A stretch of DNA of 63,071 nt, the filler included, from Platydemus manokwari (lineage: Eukaryota), in the NCBI GenBank assembly GCA_037951405.1. It is 6 parts of 6 records of this genome, joined end to end, with 100 filler letters (N's around TTAATTAATTAA, not from the genome) between each part and the next. Parts side by side here need not be neighbours in the genome. Positions count along the whole stretch, not along the records: positions 21,495 to 30,293 come from JBBMOY011348316.1; positions 30,394 to 41,404 come from JBBMOY010979973.1; 4 more parts are not named here. One strand, written 5' to 3'. The notes under the pieces are model-generated. The model saw nothing but the letters and a program-made list of their open reading frames with translations, was not told the DNA's origin and made no database searches. Below, in pieces: positions 23,988 to 37,500 of this stretch. Made by a program: the position numbers and the translations under genes. Positions within the stretch are counted from its first letter, which is position 1; each line of letters begins with the position of its first letter.

Positions 23988-26900
23988 TCAAAATTTCTTG
24001 TCATTGGTCTTGTTAGGAAAACTGCTTTGAGTTCCTGGTTTTTGCACGCTTAATGAAGCCAAACTAATTGATCTGCTGATTTTTTCACGTATCGAATAAT
24101 CGGAATGATTTGCAAAAAAATAAGCCAAACTGCCTGCAAAACAATCTCCAGCTCCCTAATGAAAAAATAATTAATTATTGACGTTTGTATTTACATCCGG
24201 TGCGAAAGGAAATTCATTTCTTAAACCGATTCCGGCCTAAGAATGGGAAACAATTATTTTCGGTTTGATATTGAGATTCATAGAAGAGAATTCAACAAAA
24301 TTTATCGGCCAGCTCAATATGCATTCCGAGACTCTTTATGAGTTTAAAATTATTCATCATTTGATTATTTTAAATGAAATTCTTGAAACAAAACGATCGT
24401 TTAATTACAAAATATAAAATAAATACTCGTTTCAATCAATTTTAATTGAAGCTATCAGTTTATAGATATTCGATTTTATCTTATTGTGAGATTGTTGAGT
24501 TAATAAGAAGCAACAAAACCGCTGTATAAGTGATCACTATGAGAGTAAACGTCTTTATATTACTAAAGTTCAGATGATAAAATCGACACTTGCAGTACCA
24601 TAATTGTTAGTAGCGGCTACTTCACTTGCAATTGATGTTTCAACAAAAGAAGTTATTATTAAGATTTTCTTAAATTTTGTATTTATTACAACACTTAATA
24701 CAATTTTTTAAACAAATTATAATTCCATTTCTAGAGAGTTTCAATATCAGTCTTAATCAGGCATATATAAAAATATTTAAATAATTTTCTAATTATTTTA
24801 TTTTAAACAATAAATGTTAAAACACTATTTGTTATTTTACAAATTTATTATCTTATTTATTATTTAAAATAATTTTCTTTAAAGCCATTATTTAAAATTA
24901 TTATTTAAAATAATAATTTTAAAATTTTAAAATTATTAACAATTAATTTAAATTAATCCTCACAATAATAATATCTTAGCAATAATAGGCACTTTTTGTT
25001 AACGAATATATGGTAAGATACTACAGAGTGGACAAATGCATATTACACGTTAAAGATGTATTTTGACTTAACTATAAAAAGACTTGAAACATTGTAGTCC
25101 GCTGAAAGAAAATAAATTTATAGATAAAATGCATCAAATTAAAAATTCCTTTAACTGTTTAGATTTTGGAAAATTTTAAAAACCTACACATTTTTTCAAG
25201 AAAAATGATAGCAATATTTCATCAAGAAGTATATTTATCATTGAAATTATTATATGATAGGGAATAAAACCGCTGCATGGCATGTTAACCACTTCTTAGA
25301 ATGATAACCATAAAAAATTTGATGTTCAAATTAGTAATTTAGATCGAGATTTATATGGAGATACTTAAATAAAATTCCTCAAATAATATTGACAAAAAAT
25401 ATCTAGAAAGGTTCTGTCATAGAAAAGTTTCCGCTGATTATCAACATTATAATAGCTTTTTCAATCAATCAATAGTTGGTTATTTAATTGACATATCATT
25501 ATTGGAAAATATTGTTCTTAATATTGTTCTAATACCTTTATGTTCCTTTAGAATTTCAATTGGCCTAAGTAATTATAATCTTTTAATCCATATTTTAATT
25601 GTAAAAAGGATTATAATCACATTTGGAATAATGTCTTCGTTTTTTTCTAGAAAACCAATCAAATTGTCATGCTCTTATATAGAATTTAGATTTAAAACAA
25701 TTTATACTATTATGAAACTCATAAAGTTCTTCGGTTAATCTATAAATGAGTCTCAATTCGTTATAATTTTAAAAGATTGAAAATTTAAACAAATATAATA
25801 AATTCAATTTGCAGAATTAACATAAAGTGCGTCACCACAGAAATAAAGAGAAATAGGAAAGGAGAAATCCAACAAATAGAAAGAAATAACGTTCAAACAT
25901 ATATCAAATTTCATTTTATACGTATGATGATTCGGAAAGAAATGAAAAACCCATAACTACTCAGGTGGTAATTAAATTGAGTAAAGCGGCTGAGACCATG
26001 AATCCACGAGTGATTTAATTATAAAATTATGAATTAATAATATTATTCGATATCCATGAGTGGAAATGATTTCAAAATCGGCCAATTGGTTACTTGCCTG
26101 TTGGAATAAACAATGACTCCAAGAATCAGCAACCCCCCAAACCATTACACATACAACGGTATTTTAAATTTAACAATATAAGAAAAATTCAACTTATAGA
26201 CCGAAGGAATATTTTGACGTAATCAAATGTTTATTTATATAAAAAGTGTAAATGGTATCTAGATAAACAACACATGTATATTACACAAAATGATTTGCGA
26301 TCAACTTATTTTTATAAATGTTTGATTTTCATTGCATTGATTTTAACAAGATTGTAAAAAATATAAACATACTTTTTCGAAAATGAAAGAATGTTCTCAA
26401 CTTTATCTCCGGGAAACTATTTTGAAATAGATAAACCGGCTACTATACTATAAGAATAATAAATGACGAATGCTAATAGAAAAATGAGAGTTTCAGAGAT
26501 AGAAAAGTATGGTATTTGAGAAGCATTTTAAAAGAAAGTTAAAATGCTGCTAATTAGAATAGAATGAAATTCAGAAAATAATTCCCATAAACGATAAAAA
26601 TTTAAACATGTGCTTCGACGTATCAGAAGCTGAATATTTATAGTATGTTTTTCTAATTAGAGTTCTCAGCTAATACACAACGATGGCTAACTGTGTCTCC
26701 TAAGCGGAATGCAACCCAAAACGTTAAGTAAGCCATAAAATTGAATAAGTAGATCGAAAGAAAGATAAATACTTCAAAGAAATTACGAAAAATTATTGAA
26801 TAAGGTTGCTTGAACGAAATCTTTATTGTCGATGAGAATTGACTATTTTCGAAAATAAACTCCTACTAAAACCTGTAATGATTTAAGTCAAAAAAATTTC

Positions 26901-28424
26901 AAGTGGTTTCTAAACACCAAATACAAACTTTCTTATTCTGCAGTAAATATATCAAAATCAACTTCGTATAATACATATCATGTTTTAGTTGAAAGTTACT
27001 GTTTCAAAAATACAACTACAGTGAACTCTTGTTATCCCGAATCCATTAATTAACGAAAACCAACAATTGCCGCTTTTAAAGCTCCCAGTCACATTGCAGA
27101 TATATTAAAGAAAACTGTATTGAAAAAGCTACACCAAAAGAATACGGATTATTTCGGTGATTAAAAACCATAATGCATCTCTTTAAACAAAATGCTCATA
27201 TGTTTATTTTGTTGTACATTTATCATGGTAGAAATGGTATTCTTTGATCATCTTTAATGTAAAAAAAATGATTGAATGTCTAATTCAAATCATCTTTGTG
27301 AGGATTTTAAAAAGAATTAAAATTAAAAAATATATTTTCAGAATCTATATTAAAAATATAAAATATCAATTTTATTTACTTAAATAATACACTTTTATGT
27401 GTTCTGACTTTTCAATATGTTTACAATTCGTACTTTATGAAATAGCAAAGGCTTACACGAATATATCAGAGGCTTTAACAAAACTTGCTCAACGTGGTTT
27501 CAACACTATAAGTAAAGCAACTGATAAGTTTTGCTTTATAAAAAGTTGGTAACCTGCCTCAAATGTTTTAACTTGCCTTATCAAATTATTCCACAGACAT
27601 AATTTGATTGAATCGAATCGCCAATTAAAATATTAATTAAGAACAACAAATATTTGCCGGACATTCTATAACTATCATAACTGTAGTAATTTCCATAATT
27701 ATCGTATTTATTAGTATAAATTCCATCCTCGGATAAATACCGCACTTAGAAATTTGTAAATCGAAATAACACCCCGGCAGTTATACGAAGAAATGTTGTA
27801 ATTAAAAATAACTAAACAAGAAAACTTTATCAAAAACCGGTTTTTCATATATCAAATATTGTTATCTAAAATAAAATTTTATACAAACCTGATCGAAAAG
27901 AATTCGATAGTTTAATTTAAGCTTTTCCTTTAAATTTTTATTCTTAAAAAATTATAATTGCAAAGATAGGAAATTTAGAATAAAAATATTCGAATAAAAA
28001 ACTCCAATTGTAATGGAAGAAATATTGCGACATTAATCACTGAAAATTAGCCTCTAAAGCAAAAAAATTATATTCATACCGTAGAATCGATAGCATTGAC
28101 CGCTGGTGCTGGTATGTGACTAATTTCTTCTGTTTCACTGTCGCCATAAACTACCCCCAAATGACCAAGAGTGACTATAGGCCATCGTATCTTATCGGAA
28201 TATTTTTTAAAAAAATATTTAATAGCCTCAAAAGCGTCCGCGATGCTTTTAATTGGCATATGAATTAGCAAAGAGGCCTCTGTTTCATTGGGACAAAACA
28301 CATCAACACAAGGCATATTTGATAAATCCAATCCAGAATCGGGAATAGGAGCAGGGTTGAATATCGTAATTACATTATTTTGTCCTGCTATCTTCAAAGC
28401 GTGATATGTAGATTCGATTGGAAT
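23988..28424 (-). CDS. RBKS: Ribokinase (PfkB family), last two exons; 5' exons not in this contig
   Basis: Exon 28424-28080 (IPIESTYHALKIA...IFNPAP...VFCPNETEA...IVTLGHLG...AVNAIDST) splices in phase 0 to exon 24155-23988 (GAGDCFAGSLAY...ASLSVQKPGTQSSFP...KF*). This gives the PfkB signature DSTGAGD and the ribokinase motifs NPAP, PNETEA and GTQSSFP. Confidence 0.93.
27017..27800. mobile_element. Possible degenerate pogo/Tigger-like MITE in the ribokinase last intron
   Basis: Left end TACAGTGAACTCTTGTTATCCCG resembles Tigger-type termini. CTCGGATAA and a TTGTA end near 27730-27800 are the eroded inverse. Confidence 0.3.
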
Positions 28425-30293
28425 CTGATTGATGAAGATTGATCAAATTTAAATTTTCATTAACAAAAAATCTACTCAAAACATAAATATATTAATCGTG
28501 TGAGTAATGATTAGATTTGGGATGGAAATTTTCCTACATTTGAAGGTTCATTAAAAATATATTAATTAAATTTTTGCTTTTATAAGAGCTCCATGTTGTC
28601 ATTAGAATTGAAAATGAAAATTTCTGACAATTTTATAAAGAACCAAAAGAAATAAAATATGCATAAATATTATATCTGAAATAGTGAAGCTGAAAATTTC
28701 CTAGATATTAATAGATAATTTTAATATTTTCGTAATTCGTTTCGTGATAGATATGATGTTAGAAATCAAACTACACTTAAAAATAGATGTCCATAGTCAT
28801 GAGATAAGTGATATTGATTGCTATGGAAATTATCATGAGTTCGAAATCACAAATAAGCGAAATATTAAATACTAATAAGTCAAAAGAAATAAATACTGCT
28901 ACGCAGATGGATTTCCTACAGGTGCTAGCAGTGTTTTAATCACCAAACTCATAAATGTAAATTTCAAGTTATAAAAGAATTAACTTTGGATGATATTTGA
29001 AGAAAGAAAATCGGCAATATTTTATAACTTGATAAAATGTGATAACCGTCTTATATTTGTCTTTTAAAACTAATTTTTCCGAATGATTACAATGATATGT
29101 AATACACCTATCGATTGAGCAAACGGGAAAAATTACTGAAAAAATAGAAAGATTTTTGAAAATTACAATTCAAATAAGTAGCAGAATTAGAGAAATAGTA
29201 ACTGTTGTGAATATTTGAAAGTTTTGATAAATAATTATATAAAGAGTACGTGCCTTGAGGAATTAATTCTAGATTTATCAACATTGTAACATTTTTCGAA
29301 CGACAACAAATAAGTACTGGTAAATCCAACACCCCTCTTATATATGGTCTATTGGAAAGGTAGGTCTTGAGAAGTTCACGATAGTCGCAAAAATGTAGAT
29401 TATTTGTTTGTCTAAAATGTGAATAAAGCAAGTAACATGTGAGATGTCCAATGCGACTCAAAAGTTTCTTAACAATATTGAAAGGTACTCCTAGAATTAC
29501 GGATCATCTGAAGATCGCATAAAATCAATTTCAAGAATGAAGGGTTCCAAAGACACTATTACCGCATTTATTTGAAAGACAAGATTTACTTCACTTGAAA
29601 AGAACAGAGTTCTTTGCAAATCATGAAAATAACTCAATGACTATGATGTTATTAAAGATAAGTTATTATTATTTTTCTCCATGGCGTGATAAATCATTAT
29701 TATAAACATTGTTAGTATCAGCACTAGCCACATCATTTAAATTTTGACAATTATTAGAATCACTCATTAAGAAGTTTAATATTTATAAAAAAATAGATTT
29801 TTAATTAAATTAAAATATTGCCAAGAGAATGTTAAATAATGTACTTCGTGATCAGAAATATAAATTTTAATATAAATAAATAGTATGTTTAAATAATTTA
29901 AAAATTATTCCATTTTAAAATTTTTAGTTATTTAGTATTCCCCACAATAGATGTTTGCTGATGTGTGATCAAAATGCAATCAAAAATTCTCATTACCGGT
30001 GACAAATGATAATAAAGTTGATTGAATTGAATAAATGTCAGGATCGAAAATTATCGAATTATGGAGTAGTCAAATGCTACCCATTATCAAGTAAAATTAT
30101 ATGTTGAAATTGTCAATGATTACATTACATTTTTATATGGTCTTTTTATCAAATCTTTGTAATTCCTACATAATATTCTTTAGGGAGTCTCAGGAAAACA
30201 TAATAGAAAGCATTTTAGATTCGAATTAAATAATCTTTGCCAAATTTTATAATAGGTTCTTTAATCTACCTTTATTGTGTTAATTAATTAATT

Positions 30294-30393
30294 NNNNNNN
30301 NNNNNNNNNNNNNNNNNNNNNNNNNNNNNNNNNNNNNTTAATTAATTAANNNNNNNNNNNNNNNNNNNNNNNNNNNNNNNNNNNNNNNNNNNN
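30294..30393. other. Assembly linker (100 nt, six-frame stop spacer)
   Basis: N-run/TTAATTAATTAA/N-run. Confidence 0.98.
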
Positions 30394-31540
30394 GTGTTAT
30401 TGAGATTATAAATCAAATAAATCTGGTGATTTTCATTAATTTATTCACAATCTAATTTGCCATATATTCATTATTGATTATCCAATCATGTCACGTATTT
30501 ATCTATTGAATCTGATGATGATGTGTGTGTGTGTGTGTGTTGACCCAATAGTGATTGAAATGGAAAACAAATAGTCAGTGTTTCGTTCAGAGGAAAATAT
30601 TTCATCATTATTTTTATAAAGAATTTATAATTTATTAGCATTTCTCTGATTCTTATATTTAACATTCTTGAATAAAACATTCAATGTCGATAAAATTTTG
30701 AAATAAATCAATTATTAATAACTTGTATCCGAATTTCGGTGTTAAAGACTTAATATTTCTATGAAAAATAATATTAATTCGAAAAAGGAACTTCTTTACA
30801 AAGAATTCTCAATAAGACATTGATATTTTAATTGTAAAATAATCTCGAAAGACAAGCAAAGCTTAATTTATTGTTGGAAAAAATGAAAATTAATAAGTAT
30901 TACAATTAAATTGCAATTGTTTGTTGGTCTCAAATAAAATTGAATTGAATATATAATGTGATTATTAAATTCACAAATATATGTATCAAGAAATTAAAAA
31001 AAAATATTTGCAATCCAACTTTGCTCCGGATGTCACACTTGGCTGAGTCGCGCATTTTTCTTTTTCAATATTCATGATTTGATGATTAATCTAACCTTAT
31101 TCTTTGAATTTCACAATGTTTTTTTTGTTTTGACGAAAACACATTCGTTATTTATTGAAATCACAGAGACATATAAATAAATCATTGAAACTAGTGAATG
31201 ACAAATGAATTATGTCAGTAAAATTTGGATAACAAATATTTTTTCTTTTTATATTTCTGTTTTTCAGCTTGTAATTGATAGCTAGACATCGATATGAGAA
31301 TTTTACATGGAATACAAATATTTTGAAGAAAAATGGTTTTGTTCTAATATTAATATAATGCTACCTTATTATTTTCAACAATAAATATAATAATTAAATA
31401 AAAAAAATTATTTTAAATATATTAATAAGATAAAATTTTTAGTATAATTTGGTTGATTTTATAAGCAGAGATTATTTTTATATCGAAACAAAAAATCTGT
31501 GTAAATGTTGAGCATATTTATACAATGAAATGTTTTATAG

Positions 31541-34500
31541 ATCAAAAATCATTGTCACCCATACAATGCGGTTGTTCACATTATAATAATAATCACCTGT
31601 GCGAAGTTTGTGATACTTGTGAAAAAATGTCCACACTGGATAATGGTCCCCCCAAATTTGAAGAGTACCGTGTGAATGCTGTTGATTTAATCAGATATGT
31701 TTTGAGTCGACCGGAAGAATGGTTCGTGGAGATTTTCATTTGTCTCGATTGTCGACTGAGATTTAAATTGTGGGCAGATTCCATTCAAATACATAACAAA
31801 TATGATTTGGAATCCAATCTATGTAAACAGAAAACCCAACTGCCCCATGATGTTGAATCAGCTTGTGTTACGATCATTGAAACACCGATTGCTCCCGAAA
31901 TTGTTTGGGATTTGTTTCAGAAATTAGATCCAACGACAGTTTCTAATAAATGTTTGGAGAAATATTTAATTCTAAAATCTGATCCGACTTTGTTGGCTGA
32001 ATCTCAAAATCTTTTGCGTTGTGTGGCTATGTTTGAACGGGAATGTTTGCGTCAATCTATTTGCTGGTGTTGTATACAGCATATTCATAATTGGGTTTTA
32101 CAACATGAAGACTTTCCTTTGTTCCTTTATCAATCAATGGTCCAGGTTCGACAAATGGTAATCGAAAGAGTACAAGATTATGACAATGTAAGTCGATTTT
32201 TACGAAAATTTATAACTTGTCTTGTTATAATAATAATTTAACAATAATAATAATAAATGTTAGAAAATATAAATTAATATTTGTTATAAAATATAATTGC
32301 CTACTTAACACTAATAAATAACTTCGAGCCTCTGTCACTTTTAATAAATTACTTTTTAATAAATCATTTCTCTCTTAGCCTTGTTGAATCGAAAGAAAAA
32401 GTTAAATTTCCCAACCATCACTAATTAGCTTGAATGGTATTTTAATGGGTAATATTTTCCTACGATAATTGATATTTGACTGAATGAAAGCAATGTCGAC
32501 ATCAACGATGAATCATAGTGCTTGAAATTTAAGCGTTTTTTGTTTGATGTTAAATCACTGAGATAAATAATTATTCACTACTGATAACAAGCAATACCAG
32601 TAGTGTTTGCAAATAAGCCAATATATATCCCATCAAATTATTACTATGACATTGATTGTCATTAACTGAGTTAATACCATTAAAAGCTAATATTAATTTT
32701 TTCATTTTGTTATCCACTATGGCAACTAAGTCAATATTTTTCATTGGACAATTCATTGATAAACAGAAAAAAAGCATCAATTTATGCAAAATTGTTCAAC
32801 TGTCTCGTTATTTTTTTGTTAACATAGATGAATAATATTGAGTCTGTCTCTAACTTCGTCGTTATGAAGCCCGTTTTGTTTCTTATGAGACACACAATCA
32901 GTCTTTCTCTTCCTTCGCAAATACAGTTTAAACTGATACGCTCACATTGAAGCCACATAACTCTTTTAATGCGATTACGTAATAAATGGTCACAATTATT
33001 GTCAGGTCAATAAGTGTCATGTGATTACTGAAGTTACTAACTGTGTTTAAAAGGCACTGAGTAAAAAATATGTGTTGTCAGTTCATTGCCCGAGAAGGAT
33101 TATTGATATCAAATTGATTTTGTTCCGATTAATCGTGATTTTCTATTACCAATTGTTCTTTTCACGATTATACTGTCTCGAATATTTTCATTTTATCGTG
33201 CCTTGAAATATCGAATGATTCAATATATGATAATTAGATTGGTTAAAATGATGTCAACACATATTTAGGGACGTTATTATCAAATGACTAATTTGTGCGC
33301 TCTATTAAGTGAATTAATCAAAAAATAATATTTGAAAATATAAATTATCACAAATAAATTTCTTTTCTACAACGCTATTTTTATAAAAAAAATTTCGCAA
33401 TTTTAATGATTTGATATTTTTATTGACTATCTTGCATGTCTAAAATAATTTTAAAAATTCCTTAAAATATTGATTAAATAAATAAAATGTTCTTTGGTAA
33501 AAATGGTAAAAATTTTACATTGATATGCTTAATAATTATGATATGACTGCGAGATATTGACGAGATTCGGTTTGGTTTCTCTTAGCAACCAGAATTGTAA
33601 TATTTTTGGTTCTCAATGCTTTTCCAGTGATCAAATGTGGAGTTCTTTTAAAAATATAATATTATGAATTTGTAGCTATTTTTTGTCATTGAATTATTTA
33701 AATATTATTTTACAATTTATTACTTAATTATTATTAGATTAATTAATTAATTAAATTTATTAATTTTTAGAACATGTTTAAAGTCGACTGTAAAGACAAT
33801 GAGAAGCCAGACAAAGTTAGATTTGATTGATGAAATTCTTTAATTGTTTATTCAATATTTTGACAATATGATATAAATATTTAATTAACATTTCATGAAT
33901 TCTGATTAGTTTTAATATATCAAAGATTTACTGGATTTATCTATGAAAACGAAAGGAAATCAGTGAATGTGACTATTTGATGTTGGTTTAATTTTTACTT
34001 GGTTTTCGAAGAAATTGATTGTAAATATCTTAACGGAGGGGAGATTATTTTTATAAAAATTACAAAGATTTTTTTACAGCCGAGTGAATTTTGTTGCACT
34101 CTACTAGATTAAAGGCATGCCAATTATAGATTAAATTAGAATGGGTGTGCCATTGAATGATTCCCAATCAGATTATTAGTAATAATAACAAAAAATGACA
34201 CATTTATAAACAAATCATGAAAATAATATCATTTTGATTGAAATATTTCCATTAGGAACTCGTAAAGATTAAAACCGAGGATAATATTGAACCTGTGCTT
34301 GAATCTCATACCAAAGATAAATCGTCAGATGAGAATAATGTTTATCAGCAGATTTCAAATATTAATGAAACCAGTGAATCAATAATGATGGAACATTGTA
34401 TGGTTTCAAATACCTCAAGTCACTGTTTCAAACAATTGGAGTCTGCCGACTTGCCTTTTATTATATCAGATTTCTATCCGTCGCTTTTAGATGGAAGTAA

Positions 34501-37500
34501 AAATAATTTTCAAAATGGTAATTAATATTAACTTTTGTATGTGCTATTATTGATTTTATCTTTTTAATAAAAAACAAATCGCAATTGATTAAATAGACGT
34601 GTATCAAATTCACCAATCATTATATAATTATCAAAATAATATAATATAATTATTTAAATTTATATAACGTTATCATTATCAATTATCCATCCACAGTTCG
34701 AATTTCATTTCTAATATCAATCCACAAGGGTGCTCTCAAAAATTTTATTTGCCTCTTAATCTGCTGGTACACAACATATTAATCAGTGATGACTAACTCC
34801 ATTCTAATATGAATATAATTTATCAAATTTTAAATTCACAGCGCGCATATTTATCAGTAGTAGTTGATTATGAAAAATGTAGAAGCGACTTTCAACAGTG
34901 TAGGCGTATACAGTTTCAGTTGATTCAGATAAAAATTGTTTTATTATTAGTTCTCTACAAAATTATTCCATCATATTTTATTAATCAATAATAATTTGTT
35001 AGATAAATTCATAGCTCAATTTTTCTAATTGATATCAAATAATTTGAAAATAATTAATGGGAAATTAAAAGTTTTATTATATTTTATTACAAATTTTTAT
35101 TAACGTCAAATGATTAATGTTGCCTAACTGTAAATATTCACCCGAGATAGTTGTTTTAATACTAACCCATCAAATAATTCCCATCCAGTCTGATGTGAAG
35201 ATAAAATATTAAAATTAAAATTTTGTGATTTCTATAGTTGAGATAGATGTCATATTTGGTATGTTAAATATGATGGAGAGCTTGTTGATTTTTGGATTAT
35301 TATAATAAATAATACCATAAATATTTGTTTGTCACATATTGAAATCATTAAGATATCACTGAAAAATCAAGAAAATTATTTGAAATTTAATGCTTGTCAA
35401 GTCGTTATTTTTTGTGTTTTTATACTGCTACGTAAAGAAAATGAAAATAATTACACTTGAAGTCAATATTTACATCTTATTTGATGTTTTATTTATTGCA
35501 AATTTAATTATGTTTATTAAGTTTAAAATAAATAAAGATTAAGATTTCATGTAGATTAGGATTCTCTCTCTCATATATATAGTAAATTGTATGAGGGAAA
35601 GTGTATATAAACTATAAGGTAAGCATGAAACTCTAAATACGATATTAATCTCTAGGACAACGAACACATTTAAAATCTATTATAGTAAAATTTTTAGTTT
35701 CTATAATTCTTACTTACGATTGAATGGAATAAGATTTGACGTCATAAATGACATTTTCTATTGAACCATAATAATTTTTAGATTCCACAAGACGATTGAC
35801 ATATCTCCATTTAACTTTGAAATTTCTTCAGTTCTATGTATCTGAACCTTCAAGATTGGGTGATTTAGTCAATATATTCATGGCAAATAATTTACAACAA
35901 TCTGGTATGGTTTTTGGGCCATCAATAAACCATTCTAAAGTTAGTTTATTAGACTTTTTTGATATTAAAATTAATTAAGTTGATATATTTGATAACAAAT
36001 TTTGTAATGTCAACTGTATGACAATGAAATAAAATTAACAAGTTTAAATATTTTTTTCTTCATAAAAATACATTTAGGCGGGTTTTTGATTTCTTTGGAA
36101 ATTTATTGCAATAGATTGGACAGCATTTTAACCACCCATTGATATAATTCTTAAGGGTAAAAAATAAAATGTTTTGCAAATGTTACTGTGAATTTTAAAT
36201 TGTGTTGGTTTATATTATATATTATAAAATTATATTAGTTGACTACCCACTATGTGTAGCAGATTTGAAGAATATTTCAAGTATTTATATTTAACATAAT
36301 TACGTTTATACCGCGTTATTTATTGTTGCGAATGATCCGAATGCCTTCATTTAACATTGCAGCATTCATCCAGTCTCTCATAATACTCAGTGAAAATATT
36401 CATATTATATTTTGCGATTTTTAAATAGACCAAGTAGTATTAGATCATTTGATTTTGCCTACGTTGTGTAAAAGACTTTGAAAAGGTAGTTTCTTATTGC
36501 TTAAGCAAAACATTTAATCGCCTATCATGTTGCAAAACCATTCACCAAAGTTAGGTATAGTTTTAAATTACAATTTTATTCTTAGCAAAGGGTTCTCGAC
36601 ATTGATGGTTCATGAACGATCATTTCATCTTATTCACTCGTAGATATCCTGCTATGATTTATTAAACCAAGTACCAATCTATTCAAATTTATGTTTTTTC
36701 TCAGCCAAAGCAGTGGAGAAATATTTTCTTTTCGCACATGCTTGGAATTTAAGGCTAGAGTTATGACCAGAACTGCTTTTGAATTTTATTTTTTGATCTT
36801 AACACTATTTACCGTAAACAAACCAGGGCAAATGTATTTTTTTTAATATCATTTAAACAATATAGAACTTAAGGAATTTTTCGATGTTGAAGCAAGGCAT
36901 TTTGAGCATTTACGAGATTAGTTTAATTATAGCAAAAAACATTAAATAATATTTTTTTATTCTTGAATTGTACTTTAAGGTCACTTTATGAAGATTAAAA
37001 TAAAAAAAGTTCTTCAAAGATCTTCTTTTATTAAAATACCTTTAACTATTAAGAATATAATCTCTTTAAGAGATTAGTTGGACGAGAGGAATTACATATA
37101 ACTGGTCAAGTGGACCACTGGTTTAAGATTTTTAAGAGAAAAGGTGTATATACTTCTGTGATCAAGTATGACCGGTAATTTTCGATTTAAAAGTAATTTA
37201 AGTACAACCAATTTTTAGGTTGACAGATTTGTCTTGACATCAGTGTCAATGTCTTCACTTAAATTGCTACTCTAATCATTATCAAAAAGTTTTTTCTCGA
37301 TTTTTACAATGCGTGATCTTATTGAGGAAAGATTTCGTTTGCGGAATGAAACTCTGTGCGTGTTTTAAGTCCTTTGGTGATCAAATATAAGAATATAAAT
37401 GATAGAAAATTATTCAAAGAGGATCAAAAAAGTATTGAACGAATCATATCGGAGACAGTCCCAAGATGAGCTGATGCATAGCACGTCTGGAAAACCATAG

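Noticed and set aside
28900-28975. Plus-strand peptide ADGFPTGASSVLIT resembling a ribokinase TG.A.I.V motif
   Set aside because: Wrong strand for the ribokinase gene, short and without splice support; probably chance.
28425-31540. Bidirectional promoter between ribokinase and AMBRA1
   Set aside because: Both genes lack their 5' exons and a linker lies between them, so adjacency is unverified.
31525-32241. 238-aa ORF as a standalone single-exon gene
   Set aside because: Good acceptor at 31539-31540 and GTAAGT donor at 32188, in phase with downstream exons; better explained as an internal exon.
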